Shown piece by piece: positions 25,629-39,951 of a stretch of DNA of 64,000 nucleotides. Source of the DNA: Octopus sinensis (taxonomy: Eukaryota); the NCBI RefSeq assembly GCF_006345805.1, contig NC_043005.1, forward strand, positions 36,580,001 to 36,644,000, written 5' to 3'. The notes under the pieces are model-generated. The model had not been told where the DNA came from and did not search any database. It saw only the letters and a program-made list of their open reading frames with translations. Made by a program: the position numbers and the translations under genes. Every line of letters begins with the position of its first letter. Position 1 is the stretch's first letter.

Positions 25629-26687
25629 ATATACACGCATTCATGTATGTGTATGTGAGTGCGTACGTAAATATACACTCCACAAGTACTCACACACATA
25701 TACAGACACACTCATTGAGGCATATGTATTTATATACGTAGAACTACACTCTTGTATCGATATGAAAGATTGGAAAACAAGAAGTCATATAGACGATCTT
25801 CGATCAGATTAACTGGTCATCGATAATCAAACAAAATTTCGAACACAGTGATTGGTTCAATTTTCGCGTCAATATATTGACAAATTTCAATATTTAATGT
25901 GATAAAAGTTAAATAAGTGAATCTGTCATATAGGGAAATATATTATGTGATTGAGAAACGTATAAGTGTATCGAGGTGTATATAAGTTTCTGTAAACCAT
26001 TTACTTGAAGAATCTACTCAGAGAATGTCACGGCACGTGTGACAACAGAAAAATGATAAGACATGTTTTGCATTATCTATGTTATCGAACAGGTTGAAAA
26101 TGTATGACATGTTGGCTATGTTAGCACAAACGCACATACACATATATGTAAGGATGCATATATATGTGTGTGTGCGTGTGCGCGTGTGTGTGCGCGTATT
26201 AGTGTGTATCCGTGCGAGCATGTGTGTATGCATTATACATATATATGTAAGTATGTATATATATATATGTATATACATATATATACATATATACATATAT
26301 ATATATACATATATATGTATATATGCATATATACATCTTCATACATATATATATATATATCATAGCATATGTATGTATATCATTGTAATATGTATAAATT
26401 GTTGCATGTGTGTATATCAATATCGATGCATATTACACTCACATATTACACACACACACACAAACACACACATACACACACACACATACACACACACACA
26501 CTCACACAAACATATATTCTATTATGAATGTATCTATATATCATTATATATCTGCACAATTACACACATTTTCATTTCTGAGTCACGCTGAGATAAGGTA
26601 TCGTATTAGTAGATATTCCGTTTATATCTTTCTTATCTTAGCATATCTACATATTCAGTAGTTATTGCTTTATTATTATTATCACAA

Positions 26688-26791
<104 letters not shown>

Positions 26792-27571
26792 TCTGTGTTT
26801 TATATATTTTATACTATCGCATCTCATAAAGATATTCATGGGAATAACAGTAGTATTGGTTTGGAAGCAGCAATATTACAGTGCTATTAATTTTGTTTTG
26901 ACTTGTGTCGATGTTGATGTAATAAATGTGAAAACATTAAACACATACTTAAAGATACATGCTCATTTAAAACACGCATATATACTCACCCACACACGTT
27001 CACTTATATGTAAGTAATTCTAAATGGTTTTTCTAGTCGTACACAAACAAGCAGACACAGATACACATAGACATAAAAGAAGTAGTTAAAATTTATACCT
27101 TTCTACGATTTCCAATATTATATTTCAAGTTGAAATAATTTGACAAAAAGATGTAAACATTTTTTCCCAGACTACTTTTAAGGTGGAAAATAGTGAATAT
27201 CAATAGTAATTATCTTCCATTTTGTACGTATCAACTTACATACATATGTGCACATACATATATACATATACATCGTTGCATGTGTGTGGGTGTATATATA
27301 TATATACACACGCATATTTATAAAATTTATATGAAGGGTTGCATGCAAACATCTGTATGTGTGTGAGTGTATGTGTGTGTATGTGTTATGGTTGTCTAGA
27401 TTTCGACAACAAATAGATGTTGATATTTTAAATAAAATGAAAACATGCTTATGCAAGTAGTTACTGCTCAAATGTGTCAAAGGAAAAACGTGATTTCAAT
27501 TCTTACAAGACTCGCTTTTTCATCCTTTCTTCCACGTGTGCACATTATATGGTGTATTTATTATATATATA

Positions 27572-27710
27572 GGCGTAGGAGTGGCTGTATGGTAAGTAGC
27601 TTGCTTACCAGCCACATGGTTCCGGGTTCAGTTCCACTACATGGCACCTTGGGCAAGTGTCTTCTACTATAGCCTCGGGCCGATCAAAGCCTTGTGAGTG
27701 GATTTGGTAG

Positions 27711-27785
<75 letters not shown>

Positions 27786-28025
27786 TGTGTATGTGTGTGT
27801 ATGTATGTGTGTGTATGTGTGTGTGCCTGTGTTTGTCCCCATAACATCGCTTGACAACCGATGCTGATGTGTTTATGTTCCCGTAACTTGGCAGTTCGGC
27901 AAAGGAGACCAATAGAGTAAGTGCTGGCCTTACAAAGAGTGGGTCATGGGGTCGATTTACTCGACTAAAGGCGGTGCTCCAGCATGACCGCAGTCAAATG
28001 ACTGAAACAAGCAAAAGAGTAAAGA

Positions 28026-28026
<1 letters not shown>
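27572..28026 (+). mobile_element. Group C SINE, near full length
   Basis: GGCGTAGGAGTGGCTGTATGGTAAG...GGGTTCAGTTCC...GGCACCTTGGGCAAGTG...AATGACTGAAACAAGCAAAAGAGTAAAGAG, set in (TA)n. Confidence 0.9.
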
Positions 28027-28071
<45 letters not shown>

Positions 28072-28366
28072 GGGGGAGGCGTATGTGCGTGTCTGTTGTC
28101 CTATTTTGTCAACGGCGTCCATGACTTTTCTTATGTTTATACTACGGGGGCATAAACTAACCCTGGTTGTCAAGTGGTGCAGTGGGAAAATAACACCATA
28201 CACACACACACACATATAGACCCACCATGTATATAACTGGTTTCCACATAGCTTCTGCCTATTATATTTGCTCACAAAGTACTGGTCAGCTCGGGGCTAA
28301 AGGAGAACATAATTGTGACGTGTGCTTCCTAACCACACAGGCATTCTTACGCCTCTACATGTGTGT

Positions 28367-28745
28367 GGGGGTACAATCGCCCAGTGGTTAGGACAGCGGA
28401 CTCGCATTCATAGGATCGCTGTTTCTATTCCCAGACTGGGCGTTGTAAGTGTTTATTGAGCGAAAACAACTAAAGCTCTACAGGGCTCCGACAGGAGGTG
28501 GTGGCGAACCCTGCAGTACTCTTTCACCACAACTTTCTCTCACTCTTTCACCCTGCATCTGTTGTACCTGTACTTCGAAGGGCCAGCATTGTCTCACTCT
28601 CTGTCACGCTGAATCTCTCGGAGAACTACGTTAAGGGTACACGTGTCGGTGGAGTACTCAGCCACTTGCTCGTTAATTTCATGAGCAGGTTGCTCCACTT
28701 CTCGGTTCAGCTGGAACCCTCGTCGCCGTAACTTACGGAGTGCCA
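28367..28745 (+). mobile_element. Group A SINE (older copy)
   Basis: Colinear with the reverse complement of 263-644: CCCAGTGGTTAGG...GTGTTTATTGAGCGAAAAC...GAGAACTACGTTAAGGGTACACGTGTC...CGGAGTGC. Confidence 0.85.
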
Positions 28746-29028
28746 CGATGATGATATATGCTTGCGTTTGTGTGTGTATAAATACTACAAAAATCTTTTG
28801 TGAACCACTATGAATTGGTTGTGCGTACCATGCATATTCTTTCAATCGTTTATGTACTTCGTCGCAAAGGGGAGAGAAGTAGGTAGACAGATAAACCGAA
28901 AGGGAGAGAAACATAGATATTAGCCGGTTCCTCCTGCATCGATACCCTGTGTTTCATGTGCTGTACATTGCATCGGACGAAATTACTATTTGATAATGAC
29001 ATCAGCAGGTTGAACCATATATATATAT

Positions 29029-29069
<41 letters not shown>

Positions 29070-29072
29070 TTT

Positions 29073-29121
<49 letters not shown>

Positions 29122-30174
29122 CATATACATATATATATATATATACATACACATTCATTATATACATGTGTTTGTGCACGTGTGTATCTGTGTGTGTCAG
29201 AGAGAGAGAGAGAGAGAGAGAAAAATAGAAAGAGAGAAGGAGATAGAGAGTGAGTGTGTGTGTGTGTTATGAATTCGGGTTGGCATAGTAATACTAATAA
29301 CCATTTTTTATAACTCTCTCTATATAAGCTTTAGATTAAAGCGTGTAGCAAGTACAGAGCCTAATATAAATGATTGAATGACTTGGGAACGGAAACTGCA
29401 TAATCAAATTCATTAGTTTGGAGATGTTTTTCGTATAAGAAGTGCATTTAGAATTGAGTGCTTGTGCAACAACTTCTATTAGAAACAGCTGTAAGTGAAT
29501 GAAGTTGATTACGTACTTCTTGATTCCTAATCTTTCAACAATATGTATGTATGTACATATGTATTTATGTGTGTATGTATTTGTTTGTATGTATGACTTC
29601 ATTCTTTTAAAAATATAACTTCTCTTTCCTCTACGTATTATTTATGATTATTGATTTCCTAAGTCTGACACAACAAAAAACATTTTTTATTGACTGGGTG
29701 ACGTCACCTGAATAGATTCAGTTACATTATCGCCGTGAATTTTTATTGTTATTGGAAAGATGAAAGGTGAAGTCGACTCCTGCATTGAAATTCAAGATGT
29801 TAGGGGATGGAAACTGAAGAGATATAAACCATATTCTATCATCTTTTCTACGTATTCAGTCTATTATTTTACTATCGTTTCGATTGCGATACGTTTGTTA
29901 ATTGTTAATATTAAAAATATTAATTTTCGATATTAATTCGATCTTTCTAAATTCATTTCTTACGTGATAGTCGTCGTTAACGACATTACTCTTGATGTTG
30001 TTGTCATTGTTATTCTTCTTGCCGTTATTTGTTTTGAGGCAGGAATGACAAGTTTAGAAGTGTGACGAACAAAATACCATTTCTTATTTAATAGGCATGT
30101 TTCATTGTTCTGGATTCCAGCCTCACCATTGTCCTTTTGATGTCCACTTACTCGACTATATACCTCCCCACCAC

Positions 30175-30365
30175 TCATCATTAGTACACCGAATAAAATG
30201 TTAAGCGACATTTTGTCCGTTTTCACGTTCTGAGTTTAAATTCCTTTCTGATCGATTTTGCCTTTCATCCTTTCGGGGTCGATAAAAATACCAATTGAAC
30301 TTTGGAATCGATGCAGTCGACTTAACCCACCCCCGATGTTGCTGTCCTTCTGCCTAAATCTGAAA
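30175..30365 (+). mobile_element. Degraded group B SINE
   Basis: GTTCTGAGTTTAAATTCC...TTGCCTTTCATCCTTTCGGGGTCGATAAAAATACC. Confidence 0.75.
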
Positions 30366-30367
30366 CT

Positions 30368-30395
30368 TCTCCTCCTCCTCCTCCTCCTCCTCCTC

Positions 30396-30435
<40 letters not shown>

Positions 30436-30459
30436 TACTACTACCACCACCACCATCAC

Positions 30460-30495
<36 letters not shown>

Positions 30496-30507
30496 CACCA
30501 CCACCAT

Positions 30508-30564
<57 letters not shown>

Positions 30565-30584
30565 ACTACTACTACTACTACTAC
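30368..30584. repeat. Compound (CCT)n/(CTA)n/(CCA)n microsatellite
   Basis: Seen directly in the sequence. Confidence 0.95.
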
Positions 30585-30839
30585 AATTTATACACGGTGC
30601 ACCCAAGTTTCAAGCAGAGACGTCATGGGACAAGGACATTTGCATATGAAGCTGTAAACACCTGAGGCGCCGTGCAGTTGTAGAAAAAGAAATTGACCGA
30701 TGTTCGTGCTTCAAAATCAAGTCTCTTTATAAAAATTTGTTATTGAACGAGTAAGATTGTATTTACATTGAGAGGGATTTATGTACAATATTTGAGGTAC
30801 CCATAGGTATGATCTTTTGCAGTTCACTTATTTTGGGAA

Positions 30840-30895
<56 letters not shown>

Positions 30896-30896
30896 G

Positions 30897-31015
30897 TGTG
30901 AGTTCAAATTTCGCCGAGGTCGACTCTGCCATTCACCCCTTCGGGGTCGATAAAGTACCAGTGAAGCACTGTGGTCGATATAATCGACTAGTCCACTCAC
31001 GTTTAGTAGAAAGGA
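30897..31015 (+). mobile_element. Truncated group B SINE between (ATT)n tracts
   Basis: GAGTTCAAATTTCGCCGAGGTCGAC...TTCGGGGTCGATAAAGTACCAG...TAGTAGAAAGG followed by (ATT)n. Confidence 0.8.
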
Positions 31016-31540
31016 TTATTATTATTATTGTGTGAGAAAGCAGTGCATGCGATCTAAGTGACATTCGGGAACAAATATACGAATCCCAATATACCCGTCA
31101 TAACTATCCGTCCAATATGGCTACACTAGACACATGCATCACAGCCACATTTGCGTGGCATGACCTTGCAGGTGGGGCTCAGTTAGAATTGTCTTCAGGT
31201 CGAATAGCCCTTCCTGTTCAAAAGGTCCCTTGATAAGGGTTGTTTAAGGACGATAAACGAAACAGCCATGTTTCTAGAGATGAATTATCCAAATACTAAA
31301 GAATCCCTCTCAACACATTGCTATGATGCTACCCCACTACTCCTACTCGTAATCATATCGTCAGCTACTGAGGGACATGCTCAACTACTTAAGACCAAGC
31401 AAGTGGGAAGCAAATTTGTGGTATTGAGCAAAATATTTACTGTAGCCCGTCTTTTACACAATCTTTTACACCATGCTAACACTTCCAATGAATTAAAATC
31501 TGAAACATGAAGAGCTACTCCCTGGTATTGTATCAGGGTA

Positions 31541-32010
31541 TTTCTTCTTCTTCTTCTTCTTGACCTTTCTTCTTCCCTCTTCCTTTTCGTTGCCGCCTCC
31601 CCCTTCTTATTCCTTCTCTTTTTCTTGTTCTTTCCCCTCACGTTTGGTTCTTTTTTCCTTCTTCCTTTCTTTTCATTTTCTTTTTCTTCACTTTTCCTCC
31701 TCCCCACCATTCTTCTTCTTCTTCTTCTTCCGCTTCTTCTTCTTCTTCTTCTTCTTCTTCTTCTTCTTCTTCTTCTTCTCTTCCCCTTCTTCTTCTTCTT
31801 CTTCTTCTTCCCCTTCTTCTTCTTCTTCTTCTTCCCCTTCTTCTTCTTCTTCTTCTTCTTCTTCTTCTTCTCCTACTTCTTCTTCCTCTTATTTTCCTCC
31901 TCCATTCTTCTTCTTCTTCTTCTTCATCATCTTCTTCTTCTTCTTCTTCATCTTCTTCTTCTTCTTCTTCTTCATCATCTTCTTCTCCTTCTCCTCCTCC
32001 TTCCTCTTCA
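31541..32010. repeat. ~470-bp polypyrimidine tract rich in (CTT)n
   Basis: Seen directly in the sequence. Confidence 0.95.
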
Positions 32011-32697
32011 TGTCTGTGCATATATTATCAATTTACCAATTTGCGTGATTTGCAGACGAGTGCAGTATATAATAAATAACTCTACAATTTATGTCTGTCT
32101 TGTTTAAGGTTAATAAAAAAGCATAAAACTCTAAAATTTAACTGCAGATACATAGTAACTGTATTATATTAACAATACTAAATAATTTAATGCAAATGTC
32201 TTTTTTTTTTTTCTTCTTTCTACTCCTTGGAATAATGCTAAACAGATTTTAAGTATTATGCTTACTGTATCAAATAAAATATACTGTTTGTTTTGAAATG
32301 TCTATTGCCAAGCATTGTGTATTCATATTTCAATTAGCACAAACTGTACTTGTATGCAAAACATATCTTATTGAGGCTGGCTGTCATTACGTATTTTTCT
32401 CTCTTCAAATGATAACGGTGTACGTAAAAAGATAATACACATAAGTGAACTACACGATCGAGAAAATGTTAGAACTGAAAGTGAAATAATAAACTCTTTT
32501 AGAAATTGAAAATACACAAATATATATATATAAAAAAAAAATAATAATAGAGTACAATGGGAAATAGATTTAAAAGAAATATTCTAAACACACTGACTGG
32601 GAATGTGGTACATATCAAAGTATGATTTATTGGGTCATATTCTAAATTTCAAACGTAAATATCTCAATGCGTTACTGTGCCTTCTCTGCTGCTGCTG

Positions 32698-32771
<74 letters not shown>

Positions 32772-33175
32772 TCAATCACTGGAACCCATGTGTATCTCCC
32801 GTTCCTTCTTACTATTACACTTTCCATCTGCTTTTTACACCAAGTCAGCAATGTAGGAAACGTCATAACATTAACATCGTTTTTATTTTTTCTTCCGCCA
32901 TCTTAATTATTCTGGGTTTTTATTTATATAGAATATAATCCGAAATGATAAACTCACCTTTAATTATTTCCATTTGGTATATTTGTATTCATTGTTTATA
33001 CTCTTTCATTCTTATTGTGTGGTTTCATGTTTCAAAATCCTTTTCCTCCTCTTGTTTTACTCGTCAAATTTCATATAATATTTGTCTCCTTAACATTCAA
33101 TCGTACATTTACTTGTGGGCTTTTATTTTACCTCTCCCCTTCTCTCTGACTCTCTCACTCTCTCTCTATTTATTG

Positions 33176-33209
33176 ATCTATCTGTGTGTGTGTGTGTATC
33201 TGTCCGTCA

Positions 33210-33264
<55 letters not shown>

Positions 33265-33490
33265 CATCCATCCATCCATCCATCCATCCATCCATCCATC
33301 CATCCATCCATCCATCCATCCATCCATCTATCTATCTATCTATCTATCTATCTATATATATATATATATATCCATCCATCTACCCATATATCCATCCTTC
33401 CATCTATCTATCTGTCTATCTATCTATCTATCCATCCATCCATCTATCCATCCATCCATCCATCCATCCATATATCCATCCTTCCATCTA

Positions 33491-33553
<63 letters not shown>

Positions 33554-33660
33554 GTCCACCTACCTATCTGTCTATCTGTCTGTCCGTCTGTCTTTCTCTC
33601 CCTCTCTCTCCTTCTCCCCTCTCTCTCTCTCTCTCTCTCGCTATATATATATATACATAC
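33176..33660. repeat. Compound (TCTA)n/(TCCA)n/(TCTG)n tetranucleotide array
   Basis: Seen directly in the sequence. It produces the spurious SIYL/SIHP ORFs. Confidence 0.95.
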
Positions 33661-36289
33661 ACACATGCATACATACACTGACGTTCTATAAACCTGAAGG
33701 ACATGTATCACATTGGAATACATCTCTAATACTTGTGCTTTTATTAAATACTTTCTCAAGACTGCATCAAACAATTCTCCACGCGGTTCATGTGTAAGGA
33801 TTCATGCCACACGTGTTACAAATAGCAGTCTACAGACCTGATGTTTATTCCTACTTTCTCTCTCTCTTCTACGGCCGTCATTGGACCTCTTAGTCCTCTC
33901 GACTTACATATCGCGTACTACATAGAAGGAAGTCCACTACATGTACATATTTCATCACTCTCCTGCAATCTACCAAACATCACATTAATCGCATCGTTCG
34001 TTTCTACTCTCCTCTCACGAACTAAAATCTCCAGAATTTCTGTCTGCTGACATTTCACCTATAGAAATTTGCTATAAAAGTTTTAAGTAAGCATAAACCA
34101 AATATATCTTATTTGTCTTAAACAAACATCGCAGGTCATAGGCTTTGCCATATTACATAGATATATATTCACACGTACTTACACGTTATAATCCATCATA
34201 TTATGTGCTATATTATTTTATTTATTCGAGACCTGAAGGTGCGTGCTATAGTTATTGGCCTCACGGTCATAAGTTCGTTGGTTCGATTCTTGAATGGGGC
34301 AGTGGGTTGTGTTCGTAAATAAGGAACACTATTTTGTGTTGCTTTAATCTATTCAGGTGAAAATAAGCACCAGCTGAGTACCGCGACCCATCCTCTATCT
34401 GCCTCCAGATGTCACATCTATGATATTCTGCTAGGTGAAGAGTAGGATAGCCAAGAGGTGTTTGTATCTGTTTGTGATTATATAGGCAACTAAAAATATT
34501 AGCGAAAGCGTGGAATAAGCTATCAGCTCGCACTCATTTTGTGAGCGACGGTTAAGTAGTCCATTCTGTCTAATCGCAGTGAATTTGGCAGAATCGTTAA
34601 TGCTACAGACGAAATGCCTTGCTTTATTTACGTTCTTTAATTTCGCATTTCAAATCCTATCTTAGTCGTCTTTACCTTCGTATATTTACAATCGTTAAAA
34701 ATAATTACTTTCTAAGTCTCAGAATTGATATAATCTACAGCTTCCTCCAAGTAAAATATCTGACCACGTGACAATGTAATAAACCGTTATCATTTTCTGT
34801 TTCTTTCTCTGCTTGCATGTTTGCGCTAATTAAAATTGAGATGTCTTGTTTATTTGGTATTTAGTATGGTTATATATTAATTTGGATCCACAATTATTCA
34901 TTTACTGCAGCTGTCTGTAACTAACAAATTATATCTGATAATGAATTGTTAAGAAGTTAGCAAGCTGTATTGCTACTAAACATTTAATCACTGTTATACA
35001 TTGCTAGTTAATAAACTAATGATTAGAATAGCATATTTCTTGTTGAGTGTCATTACATATTTAATTTATGAATGAAGATTTTATTAATAAGACTATTCAC
35101 AAGCATTCCCGAATTGAGGAAATCGACGCTTTAACTTCTGTAGTCTAATATCTGTTGGAAAAACGCCGCCGTTATCTTCGTTGTCACCGTCATCGTACAA
35201 CTGGAGTCAGTCCTGATGGACTTGACATTTGATTCGTCGTTAGAACTTGTCAGCTTGTTGTATATCTACAGCTACATTGTTTAATGTGCCCTTGCTGTTT
35301 TAAGTATGTAGGTTGTGATTTAGGAGAGATTTGATTACTATTTCAAGCTCATTGAGCAATTACATAGAAGCTTCCCCGACGTTTCTGAGGTGAACGATCG
35401 TATGATAACAATGTTAAATGATTGCTATTTTGTGGATGAAATATTGTGGTTAAAGCATTGAGCACGAGATACAAGTGTAAGATATCGGGATAATGATGTG
35501 AACAAGATATAAAATCTCATCACTAAATTTGGCAAGATAGTCAAATAGCAGAGTTGTTCCAACGTTCATTAGATTACTTTGTGTTAATCATTTTGGTCCT
35601 CTTTGATAAGGGTCTTATGCAATCGACAAATAAAGTGCTTCTCTTTCATTTGTTCATTCTTTCTCCTTGTTTTACTCTCTTCTGGAAGAAATCTCCCAAT
35701 CTGAGACATGACCTCTTCCAGATCTAAAATCTGAGTTTATCAAGAAGATGAGAGCCCAAGACTAATTTTTCAGAGGAAGATTGAGCTTATGTAATATAAT
35801 AATATGTTAGTGGCAAATTTAAAGTTGAAGTGGCACAAAAATCAAAATTTGTTGCCAGACTTGTGGTTGTGGTCTGTTTGTGAGTGAAGGAGTGTCTTTT
35901 TGAGTATGAGATTCAGAACCTGTGTTTGAACAAAACGATTCCAAACCATGTAATCAATTCTGTAACGTAGAATACATTTTGGCTCTGCACATGGACTTTT
36001 GGTGTTCAGAATTGATGTAGTTACTAGACGTAGAAAGTTAAATGATCCTTGAAATGGAAAAACATTATTAACATTTGAAACGTTTGAAACACAATATTAA
36101 CTACTGGAAACATGTTAAATATTACGCACACATACATACATACATACATACATACACACATACATATATTTATGTTTTTCTATATGCGTACGAGTGTATA
36201 TATTTCTTCTTCTTCTTCTTCTTCTTCTTCTTCTTCTTCTTCTTCTTCTTCTTCTTCTTCTTCTTCTTCTTCTTCTTCTTCTTCCTCAT

Positions 36290-36452
36290 AGCAAATTTTC
36301 GTTCGTTCTTTCGCTCTGAGTTCAGATTACGCCGACTTTGCATTTCCTCCTTTCGGGGCCGATTGAAATAAGTACCAGTCGAGCACAGGGGACGATGTGA
36401 TCGACTAGTCCTTTCTTCCGAAATCTCAGGCCTTGTGCCTATAGTAGAAAGG

Positions 36453-36534
<82 letters not shown>

Positions 36535-36742
36535 AAGCGGTGGGCTGGTAGAATCGACCAGACAAAATGCTAAAGGAATTTAGTCTTTTTTTTTTCTCTG
36601 AGTTCAAATTCCATAGAGGTCGACTTCGATTTTCACCATTTCGGGATTGATAAAATAAGTACTACCAGTTGAACACTGTAGTCAATAAAATCGACTTCTT
36701 CCCACCCTAGAAATTGCTGGCCTTGTGCCAAATTATGAAACA
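36290..36742 (+). mobile_element. Two group B SINEs (~36290-36452 and 36536-36742) separated by (ATT)n(AGT)n
   Basis: GAGTTCA...GACTT...TTTCGGG...AAATAAGTAC cores, with ends TAGTAGAAAGG and ATGAAAC. Confidence 0.75.
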
Positions 36743-37872
36743 TTAATATTATTATATCAGACATATTAAACGTAATTTAGCCACAATTTCCCTTTTGTAT
36801 TGTATAGAGTATAAATTTACGACAGAAAGCTATTCTATAACTTGCTCTTTTTCAAATATCCCTAGAGACCGATATTGGGCTCTTTTATAATTGATTACAT
36901 GTCATCTCTCAAGCCATCACACTTTACTAGACCTTTTTTCACAGAATCGCAGCCTGTATGACATGCTTTTCTCTTTATCTGATTATCCTTTTACATATCG
37001 CTTCTCAACATATCATTCTTCTGCCTTTATCTGTGATCCTACCATCCACTATCTTTTTGCTGTTTCTCAATCTCTCACGAACCCGATCTCTTACTTACGT
37101 CTTCCAGATTTTATTTCCTTGAAACTCCCGAGTAAATTTCTACCTACACTCTCTTCTTCTTCTTCTTCTTCTTCAGAGTGCATTAATTCTATCCATATCT
37201 CTCTGACTCTCCATCATTGTCTCAATTTATCAATAGCCCTATCATCTCTTATAGCCGACTCAACAAACTTGACATCTCTCTCTCATTTTCATTCCCTTTA
37301 ACTTACTGAACTGCTCTTTCTCTATTTCTATATCAGTCTCTTCATTTCCCATTCTTTTATCTATTTCTTCATCTCATTCTTACCTCTTTTTCTTCGCCAT
37401 TTTTTTTACTATATATGCTCTTCTTTATATTCATTTGTTCAAAATCTCTCCTCGTGTCTCATCCTCTTTCTTCCTCTGCTTCTGTCACTCTTCTTCTCAC
37501 CCTTCACTCACTCACTTCTCCATCTTCATTTTATTCACGAATCTTCTTTCCTCCTCCTCTCTATTTATCTATCCCTGTAAACGGGTTTAATAGACCGTCA
37601 GTGTAGAGGTTGCATCCTGTTGGTCATGTGATTAATGTCGTCTGTCGAAGGAAAACGAAGAAAAAGCTAATCAGTGAAAACATTAAGCGTTTAATTACAT
37701 ACTAATCGGTAGTTAATGATTATTTACACTGCATATTGTGTTAAATACATTTTTGTATTCAAAGCGAAACAAAAGTGCGCAGACGCACACACATACATAT
37801 ACTCGCACACATGCATACTCGCATGCGCTCGCGTGCACATGCACATACACCTCCACCACCGCACACCCACGA

Positions 37873-37919
<47 letters not shown>

Positions 37920-38070
37920 AACAAACACACACCCACAATCGACATGAGAATATAATTCAGTAATTATCTCGAACATTAACGAATATAATTAAAACATTCC
38001 ATGAACAGCTTTTATTTTTTTTCAAAAAATTTCTTCTTTTTTACGATTATTATTATTATTATTATTATTA

Positions 38071-38101
<31 letters not shown>

Positions 38102-38525
38102 AGGTAGTGAGCTGGCAGAATCGTTACAGCGCCGGACAAAATTCCTAGTGGCATTACGTCTATCTTTATAGCCTGAATTCAAATTCCGCTGAAGTCAACT
38201 TTCTCTTTCATTCTTTCGGGGTCAATAAGTACTAGATGATCACTGGTGTCCATGCCATTGACTAGCCGCTACCCCGAAATTGCTGGTTTTATACCAAAAT
38301 TTGAAACTAATATCTATTTTATAAGGCGGCGAGCTGGCAAGATCGTCACGGTGCCGGATAAAATGATTAGCGCCATTTTTCCCGACTTTACATTCTGATT
38401 TCAAATGCAGCGCAGGTCGACTTTGCCTTTCGGCGTCGATAAAGTAAGTTCCGGTTGATGACTGGTGTCAGTGTAATTGATTTGCCCACTACCCACAAAA
38501 TTCCATGCCTTTGCCTATAGTAGAA
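38102..38525 (+). mobile_element. Two tandem group B SINEs
   Basis: Heads AGGTAGTGAGCTGGCAGAATCGTT (38102) and AGGCGGCGAGCTGGCAAGATCGT (38323). Confidence 0.8.
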
Positions 38526-38534
38526 ATAATAATG

Positions 38535-38584
<50 letters not shown>

Positions 38585-38588
38585 TATA

Positions 38589-38640
<52 letters not shown>

Positions 38641-38643
<3 letters not shown>

Positions 38644-39345
38644 TCATTTATTAGCCACTAGGGTCGACATATAGGGGACGATACAGTAGACATGAACAGT
38701 GGGGATTTTACACAGAATCGACGAGTACACAAATAAAACGAGTACACAACGAGTACACAAATAAAACAATAACAATGATATCCAATAAAAAAATGTAACA
38801 ATGAAATTTCCCTTACTAGGCGGGGAGGTAACTACTTTGGGTTGGCTCAGCTACCCTACCAATCCTGAAATACTCGAAGATTCGAGGGCATCTGGGAAGA
38901 GCACCTTTCTACCTCTTAAATTCTCTAGCCTACAGGCGCCTTATTAGAGTAGGTCCACTCACACGTGCCATTTTCGCTACGTTCGCCCACCTTTTAGCAA
39001 ATGTACTGGGAGACAGCTCTCCCCTCTCCACTCATCTTCCTTTCCAAATGAAATCTGAAAAAGTTGATGAGCGATTGGCCGAAGAGAAAAGTGTTTGTCT
39101 TTACTCCTTTCAACCTGGTCCACCACACAACCTTTCGCTACTGCTATCAGAAAGAGGAAAATTGCCTGCTCTTCCGGACCGATGGAAAGCGGCGGATCGA
39201 TCTTCACTATGGACTCGGCCGATATCCAGATCCGTTTTACACGTGATAACAGCTGTTCAACATAACTCCACAAGCCAGTAATGCAAGGACACTGGACGAG
39301 TGCGTGCAGAACGGTTTCGTTTCCCTATGCACATCTCGTAACTGT
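38641..39345 (-). mobile_element. Tx1/L1-like LINE 3' fragment (zinc-knuckle C-terminus and 3' UTR)
   Basis: The minus strand translates NETVLHALVQCPCITGLWSYVEQLL...LIAVAK, then WTRLK after a frameshift, typical of L1/Tx1 ORF2 C-termini. The 3' UTR ends AATAAATGAAA followed by (TAA)n. Confidence 0.7.
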
Positions 39346-39399
39346 AGAGTTTATCTCAAAACAGCAGTACCCCCACCTCCTCATTTGTACTGTCAAGTT

Positions 39400-39585
39400 A
39401 GAAATGCTTAGCGGCATTTCATTTGTCTACCTTCTGAATTCCAATTCCGCCGAAATCGACTTTAATGTTGCCTGTCATCCTTTCGGGATCGATAAAATAA
39501 GTATCAGTTTAGAATTGGAATTAATGTAATCGACTTATTCTCTTCCTCGAAATTGCTGGCCTAGTGCCAAGATTTGAAGCCAATA
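39400..39585 (+). mobile_element. Group B SINE (truncated)
   Basis: AAATGCTTAGCGGCATTTC...AATTCCGCCGAAATCGACTT...CATCCTTTCGGGATCGATAAAATAAGTA...GCCAAGATTTGAA. Confidence 0.8.
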
Positions 39586-39914
39586 TTGTCTTATAGTAAA
39601 AGAGAATATGCGACCTATTTCAAGCTAAGAGGGGAAAGAACTGTAATATCAGAAACCACAACAGTGGAAACAGCAGCACGAGTAACAGCAACAAGAACAT
39701 AAGCGACAACAACAGCAGTGATTCCGGGAGGGGCAGCAAGACTCTTAGAGACCTTCCCACTAGCAACAACCATTATTGACCAAAAACCATGGAATGGCAG
39801 ACCTAAGAAGAAATCATGAATGCACAGGGCAAAGTGTCACACGAACTCAAACCAGACAGACGTATAGAAAGATGCGCACGCTGACATGCAGTCGCTGCTT
39901 TTCATCTCCGATTG

Positions 39915-39951
<37 letters not shown>

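Noticed and set aside
38720-38767. ACGAGTACACAA repeated three times
   Set aside because: A local tandem duplication in a LINE 3' UTR with no unique spacers, so not CRISPR-like.
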